Shown here piece after piece: positions 9,954 to 20,484 of a stretch of 28,302 bases of DNA; positions within the stretch are counted from its first letter, which is position 1; the number at the start of each line of letters is the position of its first letter. The notes under the pieces were generated by a model. It was not told where the DNA came from, searched no databases, and was given only the letters and a program-made list of their open reading frames with translations. The DNA is from Gammaproteobacteria bacterium (lineage in GTDB: Bacteria; Pseudomonadota; Gammaproteobacteria; Eutrophobiales; Eutrophobiaceae): contig JAAZZI010000001.1 of assembly GCA_014239225.1 (NCBI GenBank), forward strand, positions 1-28,302. The letters are read 5' to 3'. The position numbers were made by a program, and so were the translations under genes.

Positions 9954-10684
9954 ACGGATTACTTTCTATATATAAACGCGAATTCACTAGTTACTTTGTA
10001 ACACCTGTGGCATATGTCTTTATCGTAATATTTCTATTTATGACTGGTGTCTTTACATTTTACCTTGGCGCTTTTTATGAAAGTAATCAAGCTGATTTAG
10101 AGCCTTTTTTTCGATTCCATCCCTGGTTATATTTATTTTTGATTCCTGCTATATCAATGCGTCTTTGGTCAGATGAACGAAAAAGTGGAACTATCGAATT
10201 ATTAATGACTTTGCCAGTATCAATCACAGATACGGTGGTTGCTAAATATCTTGCCGCTTGGAGTTTTACAGCTATTGCTCTTAGTCTAACTTTCCCAATG
10301 TGGATTACGGTTAACTATCTGGGTAACCCTGACAACACTGTTGTCCTGGCAAGTTATATTGGGAGTCTAATTATGGCGGGTGGTTTTCTGGCAATTGGTT
10401 CTTGTATATCTGCCTTAACCAAAAGTCAGGTTATTTCCTTTGTGATAAGCGTTGTAATTTGTTTCATGTTTATATTAAGCGGTTTCCCGATGGTGCTAGA
10501 TTTATTTGAAAGCTGGGCTCCGCAAGCTGTTGTAGATGCGGTTGCGTCTTTTAGCTTTCTAACTCATTTTACATCTATAAAGAAAGGCGTTATCGATATA
10601 CGTGATCTTATTTATTTTGCCGCATTAATCACTTTTTGGTTATACGTCAACATCATAATTATTGAAAATAAGAAAGCGGATTAA
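9950..10684 (+). CDS. ABC-2-type permease, GldF-like
   Basis: About 6 TM segments; KREFTSYFVTPVAYV, PAISMRLWSDERKSGTIELLMTLP, and a C-terminal HF.SI.KGVIDIRDLIYF. Confidence 0.88.
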   Translation: MNGLLSIYKREFTSYFVTPVAYVFIVIFLFMTGVFTFYLGAFYESNQADLEPFFRFHPWLYLFLIPAISMRLWSDERKSGTIELLMTLPVSITDTVVAKYLAAWSFTAIALSLTFPMWITVNYLGNPDNTVVLASYIGSLIMAGGFLAIGSCISALTKSQVISFVISVVICFMFILSGFPMVLDLFESWAPQAVVDAVASFSFLTHFTSIKKGVIDIRDLIYFAALITFWLYVNIIIIENKKAD

Positions 10685-10687
10685 ATA

Positions 10688-12559
10688 ATGAAACATACAG
10701 TCAAAAGTGGTGTAATTTCGGGAACAGGTTTAGTGCTTGCAGTATCTTTATTTATTGCCACGATAATTCTTGCAAATACTACACTTACAACGTGGCGTAT
10801 CGATTTAACTCAAAATAAATTATTTACTCTGTCAAATGGCACAATAAATATCCTTAACAATTTAGAAGAACCTATCCAACTCGATTTTTATTTCTCTCAA
10901 AAAACAATAAATGATTTTCCACTACTAGCTAATTATGGAATTCGCGTAAGAGACATGTTGGAAGAATTTGCAACGCATGCTCAAGGCCAGCTAATACTCA
11001 ATATAATAGAACCAGAAACGTTTTCCGAAGCAGAAGATCAGGCTGTGGCCAGCGGCCTTAGAACTGTTTCTGTCAATGCTAACAGTGATAGAGTTTATTT
11101 CGGATTAGTCGCTGCGAATTCAACTGATGATGAGAAAGTTATCCCCTTCTTTCAAACTAATCGTGAATCTGCGCTTGAATATGATTTAACTAAACTAATT
11201 TATAATCTCGCCTATCCTGACAAACGTGTTATTGGTGTTTATTCACAACTGCCGATTATTGGCAAAAAAGGCGATACCACTGCGCCAACATGGACCATGA
11301 TTAATGCAATGAAAGAATTCTTTAAGGTAATAGACCTTAATGAAAATATTGAAGCGCTCGATAAAAAAATCGATGTGTTAATGTTAGTTCATCCAAAAAA
11401 ATTAAATACAGAAACTTTATATGCGATTGATCAATACCTGCTAAGAGGTGGTAAAGCTATTATTTTTCTAGACCCTCTTGCTGAACAAGACAAAACACAG
11501 CCCGATGCATCCGCGGCACATGTTATGCCCATTCTTTATTCTTACTTAGATGAAATACTTGAAAAATGGGGGCTCGAGATAAGTAAAGGGAAGGTTGTTG
11601 CAGACATCAATGCCGCAATGCGTGTTCAGGCAAGTAGTCCTCGAGGCCCACAAGAAATTGATTACCTACCATGGTTAAGGCTGACGGAAAAAAACTTTAA
11701 TGCCGAAGATTTTTCTACCAGCGAATTAAATTTATTACATATGGGTACTGTTGGGGCAATTGAAGTTATTGAAGAAAAAGAAATAGAAATAACGCCACTA
11801 ATTCAAACCTCAAAACAATCAACAAAGTTAGAACGCGATTTGATTCTTTTTCAACGCGACCCGACTGTCATTTTGAGTAATTTTAAATCAGATGAAAAAG
11901 AAATTCTTATTGCGGCGCGTATAAAAGGTAAAGCAAAAACAGTATTTCCAGACGGTTTACCTGTAGAAAATGATAATAAACAATTAATAGATGATAATTT
12001 TATTAGCGAAGGAGATATCAATGTCATTTTAATAGCTGACACGGATATTCTTGCTGATCATTTTTGGATTCGTAAGCAAGATATGCTTGGTGTATCGGTC
12101 CCACAACCTATCTCTAATAATGGTGATTTTGTAATCAACAGTATTGAAAATCTCTCTGGAAATACTGATTTAATTAGCTTACGTGGCCGTGGTAAATATT
12201 CACGCCCATTCGAGAAAGTTGAAACTATACGCAAACAAGCAGAATCGAAATTTCGTGAGCGTGAAAAAAAGTTGCAAGTCACGCTTGAAGAAACCGAAAA
12301 TAAAATACGAAAGCTACAACAAGAACAAGGTAATGAAAAATCATATTTGCTAAATAATAAATTAACTACGGAAATTGAAAAATTTAGAAATGAACGTCTA
12401 GCAACGAGAAAAGAACTACGTAGTGTTCAGCATGATCTAAGAAAGAATATTGAAAAACTTGGGGCACAACTTCGATTCATTAACATTGGACTAATCCCGT
12501 TATTAATTACTTTGCTAGCACTAATAATTGGAATCTATCGGGCTAGTAAAAAAGTATAA
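10688..12559 (+). CDS. GldG-like auxiliary membrane protein of the ABC transporter (periplasmic domain plus coiled coil)
   Basis: N-terminal TM, RIDLTQNKLFTLS motif, LEYDLTKLI, LYAIDQYLLRGGK..IFLDP, DTDILAD, NGDFVINSIENL, a helical heptad region, and a C-terminal TM (NIGLIPLLI). Confidence 0.85.
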   Translation: MKHTVKSGVISGTGLVLAVSLFIATIILANTTLTTWRIDLTQNKLFTLSNGTINILNNLEEPIQLDFYFSQKTINDFPLLANYGIRVRDMLEEFATHAQGQLILNIIEPETFSEAEDQAVASGLRTVSVNANSDRVYFGLVAANSTDDEKVIPFFQTNRESALEYDLTKLIYNLAYPDKRVIGVYSQLPIIGKKGDTTAPTWTMINAMKEFFKVIDLNENIEALDKKIDVLMLVHPKKLNTETLYAIDQYLLRGGKAIIFLDPLAEQDKTQPDASAAHVMPILYSYLDEILEKWGLEISKGKVVADINAAMRVQASSPRGPQEIDYLPWLRLTEKNFNAEDFSTSELNLLHMGTVGAIEVIEEKEIEITPLIQTSKQSTKLERDLILFQRDPTVILSNFKSDEKEILIAARIKGKAKTVFPDGLPVENDNKQLIDDNFISEGDINVILIADTDILADHFWIRKQDMLGVSVPQPISNNGDFVINSIENLSGNTDLISLRGRGKYSRPFEKVETIRKQAESKFREREKKLQVTLEETENKIRKLQQEQGNEKSYLLNNKLTTEIEKFRNERLATRKELRSVQHDLRKNIEKLGAQLRFINIGLIPLLITLLALIIGIYRASKKV

Positions 12560-12569
12560 ATTATTACTA

Positions 12570-13655
12570 ATGATTAACAATAAACTTATTGCATTATCTT
12601 TAATTACAATTACCGTTATTGTTGCTGCGACAATATTTGCAAATTTACGTGCGCCACAGTCAGAGAAACAAAAAGCTTCTTTTTTCCCTGAACTAACAAA
12701 ACAAATTGAATCTGTGAATTATATCTCAATCAAAGGCTATAACGATTCGATTAATCTTACTCGTAAAAATGATATCTGGGGTATAGATGAATTTGACGGA
12801 TATCCTGCATTACCGGAAAAAATAAAAAGTGCTGTGCTCGGAGCTGCTGATCTTAAAATTAATGCTCCTAAGACAGCTCTACCTAGACTTTATCATAGAC
12901 TTGGTGTTGAAGGACCCGAAGTTGAAGATACGGCTTCACTATTACTCACTTTGCGTGATCCCAATCAAAACAAAATTATTGAAGTAATTGTCGGTAAACC
13001 AAGGCTGAGTAGTTCAGCAAAGAATACTTCTGGTCTTTATGTTCGTGAGCCTGAAAAAGAAAAATCTTACCTAGTAGATGGCATACTCGATATATCGGCA
13101 ATAAAAACAGCTTGGATTAAACGTAGCCTTTTTGATATTCCAGCAGAGGCAGTAAAATCAGTAAGCGTTACTCATGCTGATGAAGATATGTATGTATTAT
13201 TTAAAAACGAAAAAGGTCAGGAGAAATTCGAACTAAAAAATATGCCTATCGGCAAAGAACTTGCTTCTGAATTAATTATTAATAGATTTGGAACTATTCT
13301 TCAGGATTTACAAATCAGCGGAGCGAAATCAAAAGAAACATTAAATGGAGAAAAAAATAGCATACAAGTAAAAATTATAACCTTTGAAGGTATTATTGGA
13401 AATGTTATTGCTCTCAAATACAACGATGCAGCCTATGCATCTTTTAAATTTTCCTACGATAAAGAAATCGTAAAAAATAACAATGAAGAAGAAGTAAAAA
13501 ATGAAGACGTCAAAACCTTTATTGCCAATCTTAATTCAAATATTGAAAATTGGTGGTTCGAAATACCAGAATTTAAATATGATATAATTAAAACGCGCTT
13601 AAATAAAATCACTCGTGATATTCAAAACATCACTCCTGAAGAAATAATAGAATAA
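12570..13655 (+). CDS. DUF4340-like membrane-anchored periplasmic protein
   Basis: N-terminal TM anchor, W...FDGYPA....I, LGVEGP, and EVIVGK...LYVRE....SYLV, directly after the GldG-like gene. Start moved to the ATG at 12570 (MINNK); the ORF-track start at 12528 lies inside the upstream gene. Confidence 0.7.
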   Translation: MINNKLIALSLITITVIVAATIFANLRAPQSEKQKASFFPELTKQIESVNYISIKGYNDSINLTRKNDIWGIDEFDGYPALPEKIKSAVLGAADLKINAPKTALPRLYHRLGVEGPEVEDTASLLLTLRDPNQNKIIEVIVGKPRLSSSAKNTSGLYVREPEKEKSYLVDGILDISAIKTAWIKRSLFDIPAEAVKSVSVTHADEDMYVLFKNEKGQEKFELKNMPIGKELASELIINRFGTILQDLQISGAKSKETLNGEKNSIQVKIITFEGIIGNVIALKYNDAAYASFKFSYDKEIVKNNNEEEVKNEDVKTFIANLNSNIENWWFEIPEFKYDIIKTRLNKITRDIQNITPEEIIE

Positions 13656-13700
13656 ATTTAAAGTAACAGCCTCCTTAATGTAAGTTGTGCCATTTTTGTT

Positions 13701-13721
13701 AGGTGCTCCCCGTACTTTTTT
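13701..13721 (+). terminator. weak candidate intrinsic terminator after the ABC module
   Basis: AGGTGC-TCCCC-GTACTT (6 bp with two G-U pairs) followed by a T run. Confidence 0.25.
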
Positions 13722-13799
13722 CTATTTTAACTTCGGGAAGTTGGATATTATTCTCCCTCAATGCGGTATAATTTCTATTACTAAAAACGACCAAACAAA

Positions 13800-14723
13800 A
13801 TGGCACAAGAGAAAAAACAAAATTCAACTGATGGCTCTGGACTGAGCTTTCAGGAACTAATCTTCGAGCTACAAAAATACTGGGCAAATCAAGAATGCGT
13901 AATTGTGCAGCCCTATGATATGGAAATGGGTGCCGGGACATTTCATCCTGCCACGTTTCTTCGGACTATCGGTCCAGAACCTTGGCGCACCGCGTATGTA
14001 CAAGCATCGCGTAGGCCAACTGACGGACGATTTGGCGAAAATCCCAATAGATTACAACATTACTATCAATTCCAAGTTGTCCTTAAGCCATCACCAGATA
14101 ACATCCAAGAACTCTATTTAATTTCACTAAAAGCTATTGGTGTCGATACAAAAAAACATGATATTCGTTTTGTTGAGGATAACTGGGAATCGCCCACCCT
14201 TGGGGCATGGGGGCTTGGCTGGGAGGTTTGGCTGGATGGAATGGAAATTAGTCAATTTACTTATTTTCAACAAGTTGGCGGGCTTGATTGCAAGCCAGTC
14301 ACCGGTGAAATTACTTATGGATTAGAACGAATTGCAATGTGTTTACAAGATTGTAGTGATTTATTCGAACTCGCATGGTCAAGAACAAAAAAAGCTAAAG
14401 TAACTTATGGTGACATATATCATCAAAATGAAGTTGAAATGTCTCGCTATAATTTTGATTTAGCAAACACGGATGCGCTATTTAATTGGTTTGATGTATG
14501 TGAAAAAGAATCACAAAAATTAATCGAAGAAGGGTTGTCAATACCCGCATACGAAATGACGATGAAAGCGTCACATTCATTTAATTTACTTGACGCACGT
14601 GGCGCTATTTCAGTAACAGAACGTCAACGTTATATTCTACGCATTAGATCACTTTCACGTGAAGTTGCTCAGTCCTATTTAGAAAGTCGTGAAAAACTAG
14701 GCTTTCCATTAGTAAAAAATTAA
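13800..14723 (+). CDS. glyQ: glycine--tRNA ligase alpha subunit
   Basis: [61 protein letters not shown] and [16 protein letters not shown]. Confidence 0.98.
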   Translation: MAQEKKQNSTDGSGLSFQELIFELQKYWANQECVIVQPYDMEMGAGTFHPATFLRTIGPEPWRTAYVQASRRPTDGRFGENPNRLQHYYQFQVVLKPSPDNIQELYLISLKAIGVDTKKHDIRFVEDNWESPTLGAWGLGWEVWLDGMEISQFTYFQQVGGLDCKPVTGEITYGLERIAMCLQDCSDLFELAWSRTKKAKVTYGDIYHQNEVEMSRYNFDLANTDALFNWFDVCEKESQKLIEEGLSIPAYEMTMKASHSFNLLDARGAISVTERQRYILRIRSLSREVAQSYLESREKLGFPLVKN

Positions 14724-14734
14724 ATAATATAGAA

Positions 14735-16810
14735 ATGCTTAAAACACGAGATTTATTGATTGAAATTGGTACAGAAGAATTACCGCCAAAATCACTAAAA
14801 AGTCTTGCAACAGCTTTCAGTGAACAAATGTGTCTGGCTTTAAATGAGGTAGAATTAGATTTTAACGACTCCAGTTGGTATGCAACTCCTCGCAGACTAT
14901 CATTATTAATTACTGATCTAGATATAACTCAAAAGGATAAAGAACATCAACGTCGAGGCCCATCTTTATCTGTAGCATTCGACAAGAACGAAAACCCAAC
15001 ACAAGCAACTGTAGGATTCGCTAAATCCTGTGGTGTTGAAGTTAAAGAATTAGAAAAACTAGAATCTGGAAAGGGGGCTTGGCTAGTATTTAATACTATC
15101 TTAAAAGGTAAAAAGACTAATGAAATTATTCCTGGGCTAGTTGAAAAAAGTTTAGGGCGTCTGCCAATTGCAAAGCGCATGCGTTGGGGGAATTATAATA
15201 TTGAGTTTGTTAGGCCTATAAAATGGATACTTATTTTATTTGGCAATAAGACACTTAATTGTGAAATTCTTGGAATAAAATCTGGAGCAACTAGTTTTGG
15301 GCACCGCTATCACCACCCAGGTGCCTTAGAAATAAAATCGCCAAGTGGGTACAGCGATATATTAAGAAACAAAGGACATGTTATTGTTAATTACAATGAA
15401 CGCCTTTCATTAATTCGATCGCAAATTTCTTCGGTAGCAAAAAATAGTAAGGGAAATGCTATTATTGATCCTGGATTACTTGATGAAGTTACATCCTTGG
15501 TCGAATGGCCCGTCAGTTTTATTGGAAACTTCGATCAAAAATTTCTTAAATTACCAAAAGAAGTACTCATTGCGACAATGCAAGATAATCAAAAATACTT
15601 TCCAGTTACTAATGATAAAAAAGAATTAATGCCTTTATTTATTTGTGTGTCAAATATTGAAAGTAATAATCTTGAATTGATTAAAAAGGGTAATGAAAGA
15701 GTGATACGCCCAAGACTAAGTGATGCGGTTTTTTTCTGGGAATGGGATTTGAAATATGGTCTAAAAAATCATCGTCAATCACTAAAAGAGGTGGTCTACC
15801 AAAAAGACTTGGGAACACTCTATGATAAATCTGACCGCCTAGTTAAAACTCTCTCATTAATAGGAGAGAAAATAAATTTAGATATTAACTCGGCTAAAAC
15901 CGCAGCTGCACTCTGTCTCTGTGATTTACTTACAAAAATGGTCTCTGAATTTCCTAAACTACAAGGAACAATGGGTCGCTATTATGCAAAAGCGGAGGGT
16001 GAAAATAATGATATAGCAATCGCATTAGAAGAGCTTTATCAACCTCGTTTTGCTGGAGACAAACTACCAAAAACTTTGCCTGGCCAATGTTTAGCAATAA
16101 GTGAAAAGATTGATAGCTTGATTGGTATATTTTCAATTGGAAAGGCTCCTACTGGAGATAAAGATCCTTTTGCGTTACGGCGTTCAGCAATAGGGATTTT
16201 GCGTATTATTATTGAGTGTGAAATTGATATTGATTTAAAAGATTTACTTTCGACAGCAGCGTCAACTTTTTCTAATAAAAATCAATCGTTAAATTGTATT
16301 AATGATGTTTACACGTTTCTAATGGAACGATTACGTCATTATTACCGTGATGAAGGGTTTAGTGCGGATGTATTTGAATCTGTTTTTGCTATTAATATCT
16401 CCAGACCTCTTGATTTTCACCATCGCATGGTTGCGGTTGCAGAATTTAGAAAACTCAGCGAAGCCAAAAGCTTAGCGGCTGCAAATAAGAGAATTAGCAA
16501 TCTATTAAAAAAGTCTGAGGAAATTGATTCCGTTAAAATAAAAAATAATCTTTTAGTAGAAAAATCAGAAATAAAATTAGCAAGAAAACTTGAAGATTAT
16601 AAGAAAATAATTACCCCAATGATTGATAATCACAATTATAAATCTGCACTTACTGAACTGGCTGGGTTAAGAAAAGTTATCGACAATTTTTTCGACAACG
16701 TGATGGTGATGTGTGACGAACCTGATGTTAAGAAAAATAGACTTGCGCTGTTGAGTAACCTAAATTTCCTATTTTTAGAAATTGCAGATATCTCTAAGCT
16801 ACAGGATTAG
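14735..16810 (+). CDS. glyS: glycine--tRNA ligase beta subunit
   Basis: LLIEIGTEELPP, ATPRRL, MRWG...FVRP, EVTSLVEWP, GNERVIRPRL.DA, PTGDKDPFALRR, and a C-terminal FFD.VMV....NRL.LL. Confidence 0.97.
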   Translation: MLKTRDLLIEIGTEELPPKSLKSLATAFSEQMCLALNEVELDFNDSSWYATPRRLSLLITDLDITQKDKEHQRRGPSLSVAFDKNENPTQATVGFAKSCGVEVKELEKLESGKGAWLVFNTILKGKKTNEIIPGLVEKSLGRLPIAKRMRWGNYNIEFVRPIKWILILFGNKTLNCEILGIKSGATSFGHRYHHPGALEIKSPSGYSDILRNKGHVIVNYNERLSLIRSQISSVAKNSKGNAIIDPGLLDEVTSLVEWPVSFIGNFDQKFLKLPKEVLIATMQDNQKYFPVTNDKKELMPLFICVSNIESNNLELIKKGNERVIRPRLSDAVFFWEWDLKYGLKNHRQSLKEVVYQKDLGTLYDKSDRLVKTLSLIGEKINLDINSAKTAAALCLCDLLTKMVSEFPKLQGTMGRYYAKAEGENNDIAIALEELYQPRFAGDKLPKTLPGQCLAISEKIDSLIGIFSIGKAPTGDKDPFALRRSAIGILRIIIECEIDIDLKDLLSTAASTFSNKNQSLNCINDVYTFLMERLRHYYRDEGFSADVFESVFAINISRPLDFHHRMVAVAEFRKLSEAKSLAAANKRISNLLKKSEEIDSVKIKNNLLVEKSEIKLARKLEDYKKIITPMIDNHNYKSALTELAGLRKVIDNFFDNVMVMCDEPDVKKNRLALLSNLNFLFLEIADISKLQD

Positions 16811-16813
16811 TAA

Positions 16814-17356
16814 ATGAAACTTATTATTTTAGATCGAGATGGTGTCATCAATGAAGATTCTGATGATTACATAAAATCCCCTGACGAATGGATACCAATT
16901 CCTGGAAGTCTGGAATCAATAGGGAAACTTTCTCAAAATAATTACCAAGTAATTATTATCACTAATCAATCTGGAATTGGTAGAAAACTTTTTTCTATTG
17001 AAATGCTCCATGCAATCCATAAGAAAATGAACATACATCTTGCGCAATACGGCGGTGTTATTGATGGAATCTTCTTTTGTCCATGTATACCTGAGGAAAA
17101 TTGTAATTGCAGAAAACAAAAACCAGGATTGTACAATGATGTATCAGAAAGATTTCAAATAAAACTAGAAAATGTTTTTTGTGTGGGTGACAAAATTACC
17201 GATGTGCAAGCAGCAGAAAATGCGGGGGGTAAGCCCGTACTTGTTCGAACCGGAAAAGGGAAAGATGAAATTGATCAGGGGATAATTCCTAAACATATTC
17301 CAATTTATGATGATCTTGCATCTTTTGTAAACGAGATAATCGCTGAAAAAAAATAA
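16814..17356 (+). CDS. gmhB: D-glycero-beta-D-manno-heptose 1,7-bisphosphate 7-phosphatase (HAD family)
   Basis: DRDGVIN, TNQSGIGR, Cys cluster C-P-C...CNCRK, VGDK..D and VRTGKG; canonical glyS-gmhB-plsC order. Confidence 0.9.
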   Translation: MKLIILDRDGVINEDSDDYIKSPDEWIPIPGSLESIGKLSQNNYQVIIITNQSGIGRKLFSIEMLHAIHKKMNIHLAQYGGVIDGIFFCPCIPEENCNCRKQKPGLYNDVSERFQIKLENVFCVGDKITDVQAAENAGGKPVLVRTGKGKDEIDQGIIPKHIPIYDDLASFVNEIIAEKK

Positions 17357-18063
17357 TGCTAATTTTAAGATCTCTGCTCTTTTATATAGGTCAAATCATC
17401 AGCACAATATTAATTGCTCCAATTGGTATAATTGCTTTTCCTTTAGATTTCAAAAAACGTTATTACCTCATAACACGCTGGGCAGTTTTTAATCTCTGGT
17501 GGCTTAAAATCTGTTGCAATATTACATATGAAATCAAAGGTAAAGATAATATCCCTGGAAAACCCTGTATTGTTATGTCTAAACATCAATCTGCATTCGA
17601 GACTTTAGCTTTACAACAAATATTTATTCCTCAGGTCTGGATACTAAAAAAAGAGTTATTACAAATTCCAATTTATGGCTGGGGGCTTGCTTCCATGCAA
17701 CCCATTGCTATAAATCGAGACTCAACGATTAAATCATTTAGACAAATTGCTGACCAAGGCTGTGAGCGTTTACAAAAAGGATACTGGGTGATTATTTTCC
17801 CAGAAGGCACTCGTGTTGCTCCAAATAAAAAGAAAAAATATCTGCCAGGCGGGGGGATGCTTGCGGAAAAATCAGGTGCCCAAGTTGTTCCGGTTGCTCA
17901 TAATGCTGGGCGTTTATGGCCACGAAATAGCATGATTAAAAAACCTGGATTAATTACAATAAAGATCGGCCCAGTAATAGAATCTGAAAATAAAAGCGCT
18001 AAAGAAATAACTAATGAAGTGGAAAACTGGATCGAAAAAGAAGTCGGAGAGCTACCTGGTTAA
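17356..18063 (+). CDS. plsC: 1-acyl-sn-glycerol-3-phosphate acyltransferase
   Basis: SKHQSAFET (HX4D/E-type block), LKKELL.IPIYGW, IFPEGTR and VPVAHNAG. One-base overlap with gmhB. Confidence 0.88.
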   Translation: MLILRSLLFYIGQIISTILIAPIGIIAFPLDFKKRYYLITRWAVFNLWWLKICCNITYEIKGKDNIPGKPCIVMSKHQSAFETLALQQIFIPQVWILKKELLQIPIYGWGLASMQPIAINRDSTIKSFRQIADQGCERLQKGYWVIIFPEGTRVAPNKKKKYLPGGGMLAEKSGAQVVPVAHNAGRLWPRNSMIKKPGLITIKIGPVIESENKSAKEITNEVENWIEKEVGELPG

Positions 18064-19077
<1,014 letters not shown>

Positions 19078-19080
19078 AAA

Positions 19081-20484
19081 TTACAAATTAATATTTAACT
19101 GTTTTATTTTTCTTGTCAGAGTATTCCTCCCCCAACCAAGCAACTTTGCTGCATCCTGTCGACGCCCATTTGTCTTTTTTAGTGCCTCCTCAATTAGAAT
19201 AGTTTCAAATAATGGAACCGCATTTTTTAATAATTCAATATCGCCATTTGATAAACTAGACTCTACCCATTTTCTAAAAGTGCTCTCCCATGAATCACTT
19301 TCGTCATTTACAACAATATCTTTTTTTAATTCGGGGGGGAGGTCATCAATATGAATTTCTACACCAGAAGCCATCACCGTTATCCAGCGACAAAAATTCT
19401 CAAGCTGTCTAACATTGCCAGGCCACGGTAAAGTTGTTAAATAATTTTCTGTCTCTGGTAATAATTGTTTTTTCTCTTCTCCTAATTCTTTTGCTGCTGA
19501 ATTAAGAAAATGTTTTGAAAGCTCAGTAATATCAATTTTTCTATCTCGTAGTGATGGAACATGAACCCTTATAACATTCAGTCTGTGTAATAAGTCTTCA
19601 CGAAATCTACCTTCCTTTACCAGTTCTTCTAAATTCTGATGTGTAGCGGCAATAACACGCACATCTACTTTGATCGGCACATGTCCGCCAACTCGGTAAA
19701 ACTCTCCTTCTGCGAGTATTCGAAGTAGTCGTGTTTGTAAGTCTGCGGGCATATCACCTATTTCATCAAGAAAAAGTGTGCCCCCATTGGCTTGTTCGAA
19801 ACGGCCCTGTCGTTGCGTGGTTGCTCCGGTAAAAGCACCTTTTTCATGTCCAAATAATTCTGATTCAAGTAAATCTTTAGGAATAGCAGCAGTATTTATC
19901 GCAATAAATCGACTCTTCGATCTAGGACTATTACCATGTAATGCAGCAGCCACCAATTCCTTGCCTGTGCCAGATTCACCAGTAATTAAAACAGTAAAAT
20001 TCGAATTTGACAGTCGACCGATCGCTCTAAATATCTCCTGCATTGCCGGAGCAGAACCAATAATTGAATTACCTTCAGTTTCAAGTTCGGTGAGAGGTAA
20101 TACATTATCAGCTTGTCTATCCGCTATGGCACGCCTAACTAAACTAATAACTTCATCAACATCAAAAGGTTTAGAAAGATATTCATATGCTCCCCCCTGA
20201 AATGCTGATACAGCTCTATCAAGATCAGAGTATGCCGTCATTATAATTACTGGAATATTTGGAGAATGCTGTTTAATACGATCTAATAATGAAATCCCGT
20301 CCATGCCTGGCATACGAATATCAGTAATAATTACATCTGGTTCTTCCTTATTTATCCTTTCTAAAACATCATCAGGGTGTGAAAAACTTGTTATATCAAC
20401 ATCCGCCGATTTTAAAGCCTTTTCTAAAACCCAACGAATGGACTTATCATCATCTACAATCCATACTTTTTTATTACCCTGCAT
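19081..20484 (-). CDS. glnG: nitrogen regulation sigma54 activator NtrC/NR(I)
   Basis: Receiver VDDD..IRWVL/TDIRMPG/KPF, AAA+ GESGTGKE, ESELFGHEKGAFTGA, LFLDE, WPGNVRQLEN, and Fis-type HTH AAKLLGWGRNTLTRK. Confidence 0.96.
   Translation of the reverse strand: MQGNKKVWIVDDDKSIRWVLEKALKSADVDITSFSHPDDVLERINKEEPDVIITDIRMPGMDGISLLDRIKQHSPNIPVIIMTAYSDLDRAVSAFQGGAYEYLSKPFDVDEVISLVRRAIADRQADNVLPLTELETEGNSIIGSAPAMQEIFRAIGRLSNSNFTVLITGESGTGKELVAAALHGNSPRSKSRFIAINTAAIPKDLLESELFGHEKGAFTGATTQRQGRFEQANGGTLFLDEIGDMPADLQTRLLRILAEGEFYRVGGHVPIKVDVRVIAATHQNLEELVKEGRFREDLLHRLNVIRVHVPSLRDRKIDITELSKHFLNSAAKELGEEKKQLLPETENYLTTLPWPGNVRQLENFCRWITVMASGVEIHIDDLPPELKKDIVVNDESDSWESTFRKWVESSLSNGDIELLKNAVPLFETILIEEALKKTNGRRQDAAKLLGWGRNTLTRKIKQLNINL

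Noticed and set aside
9216-12559. Evidence for gliding motility or type IX secretion from the Gld-like genes
   Set aside because: No gldK-N, sprA or similar genes are present here, the context is gammaproteobacterial, and GldAFG-like modules occur widely in non-gliding bacteria.
14651-14666. parS-like core ACTTTCACGTGAAGTT inside glyQ
   Set aside because: Only 11 of 16 positions match TGTTTCACGTGAAACA, the outer GT/AC positions are wrong, and it is explained by coding sequence. I found no convincing parS in the window.
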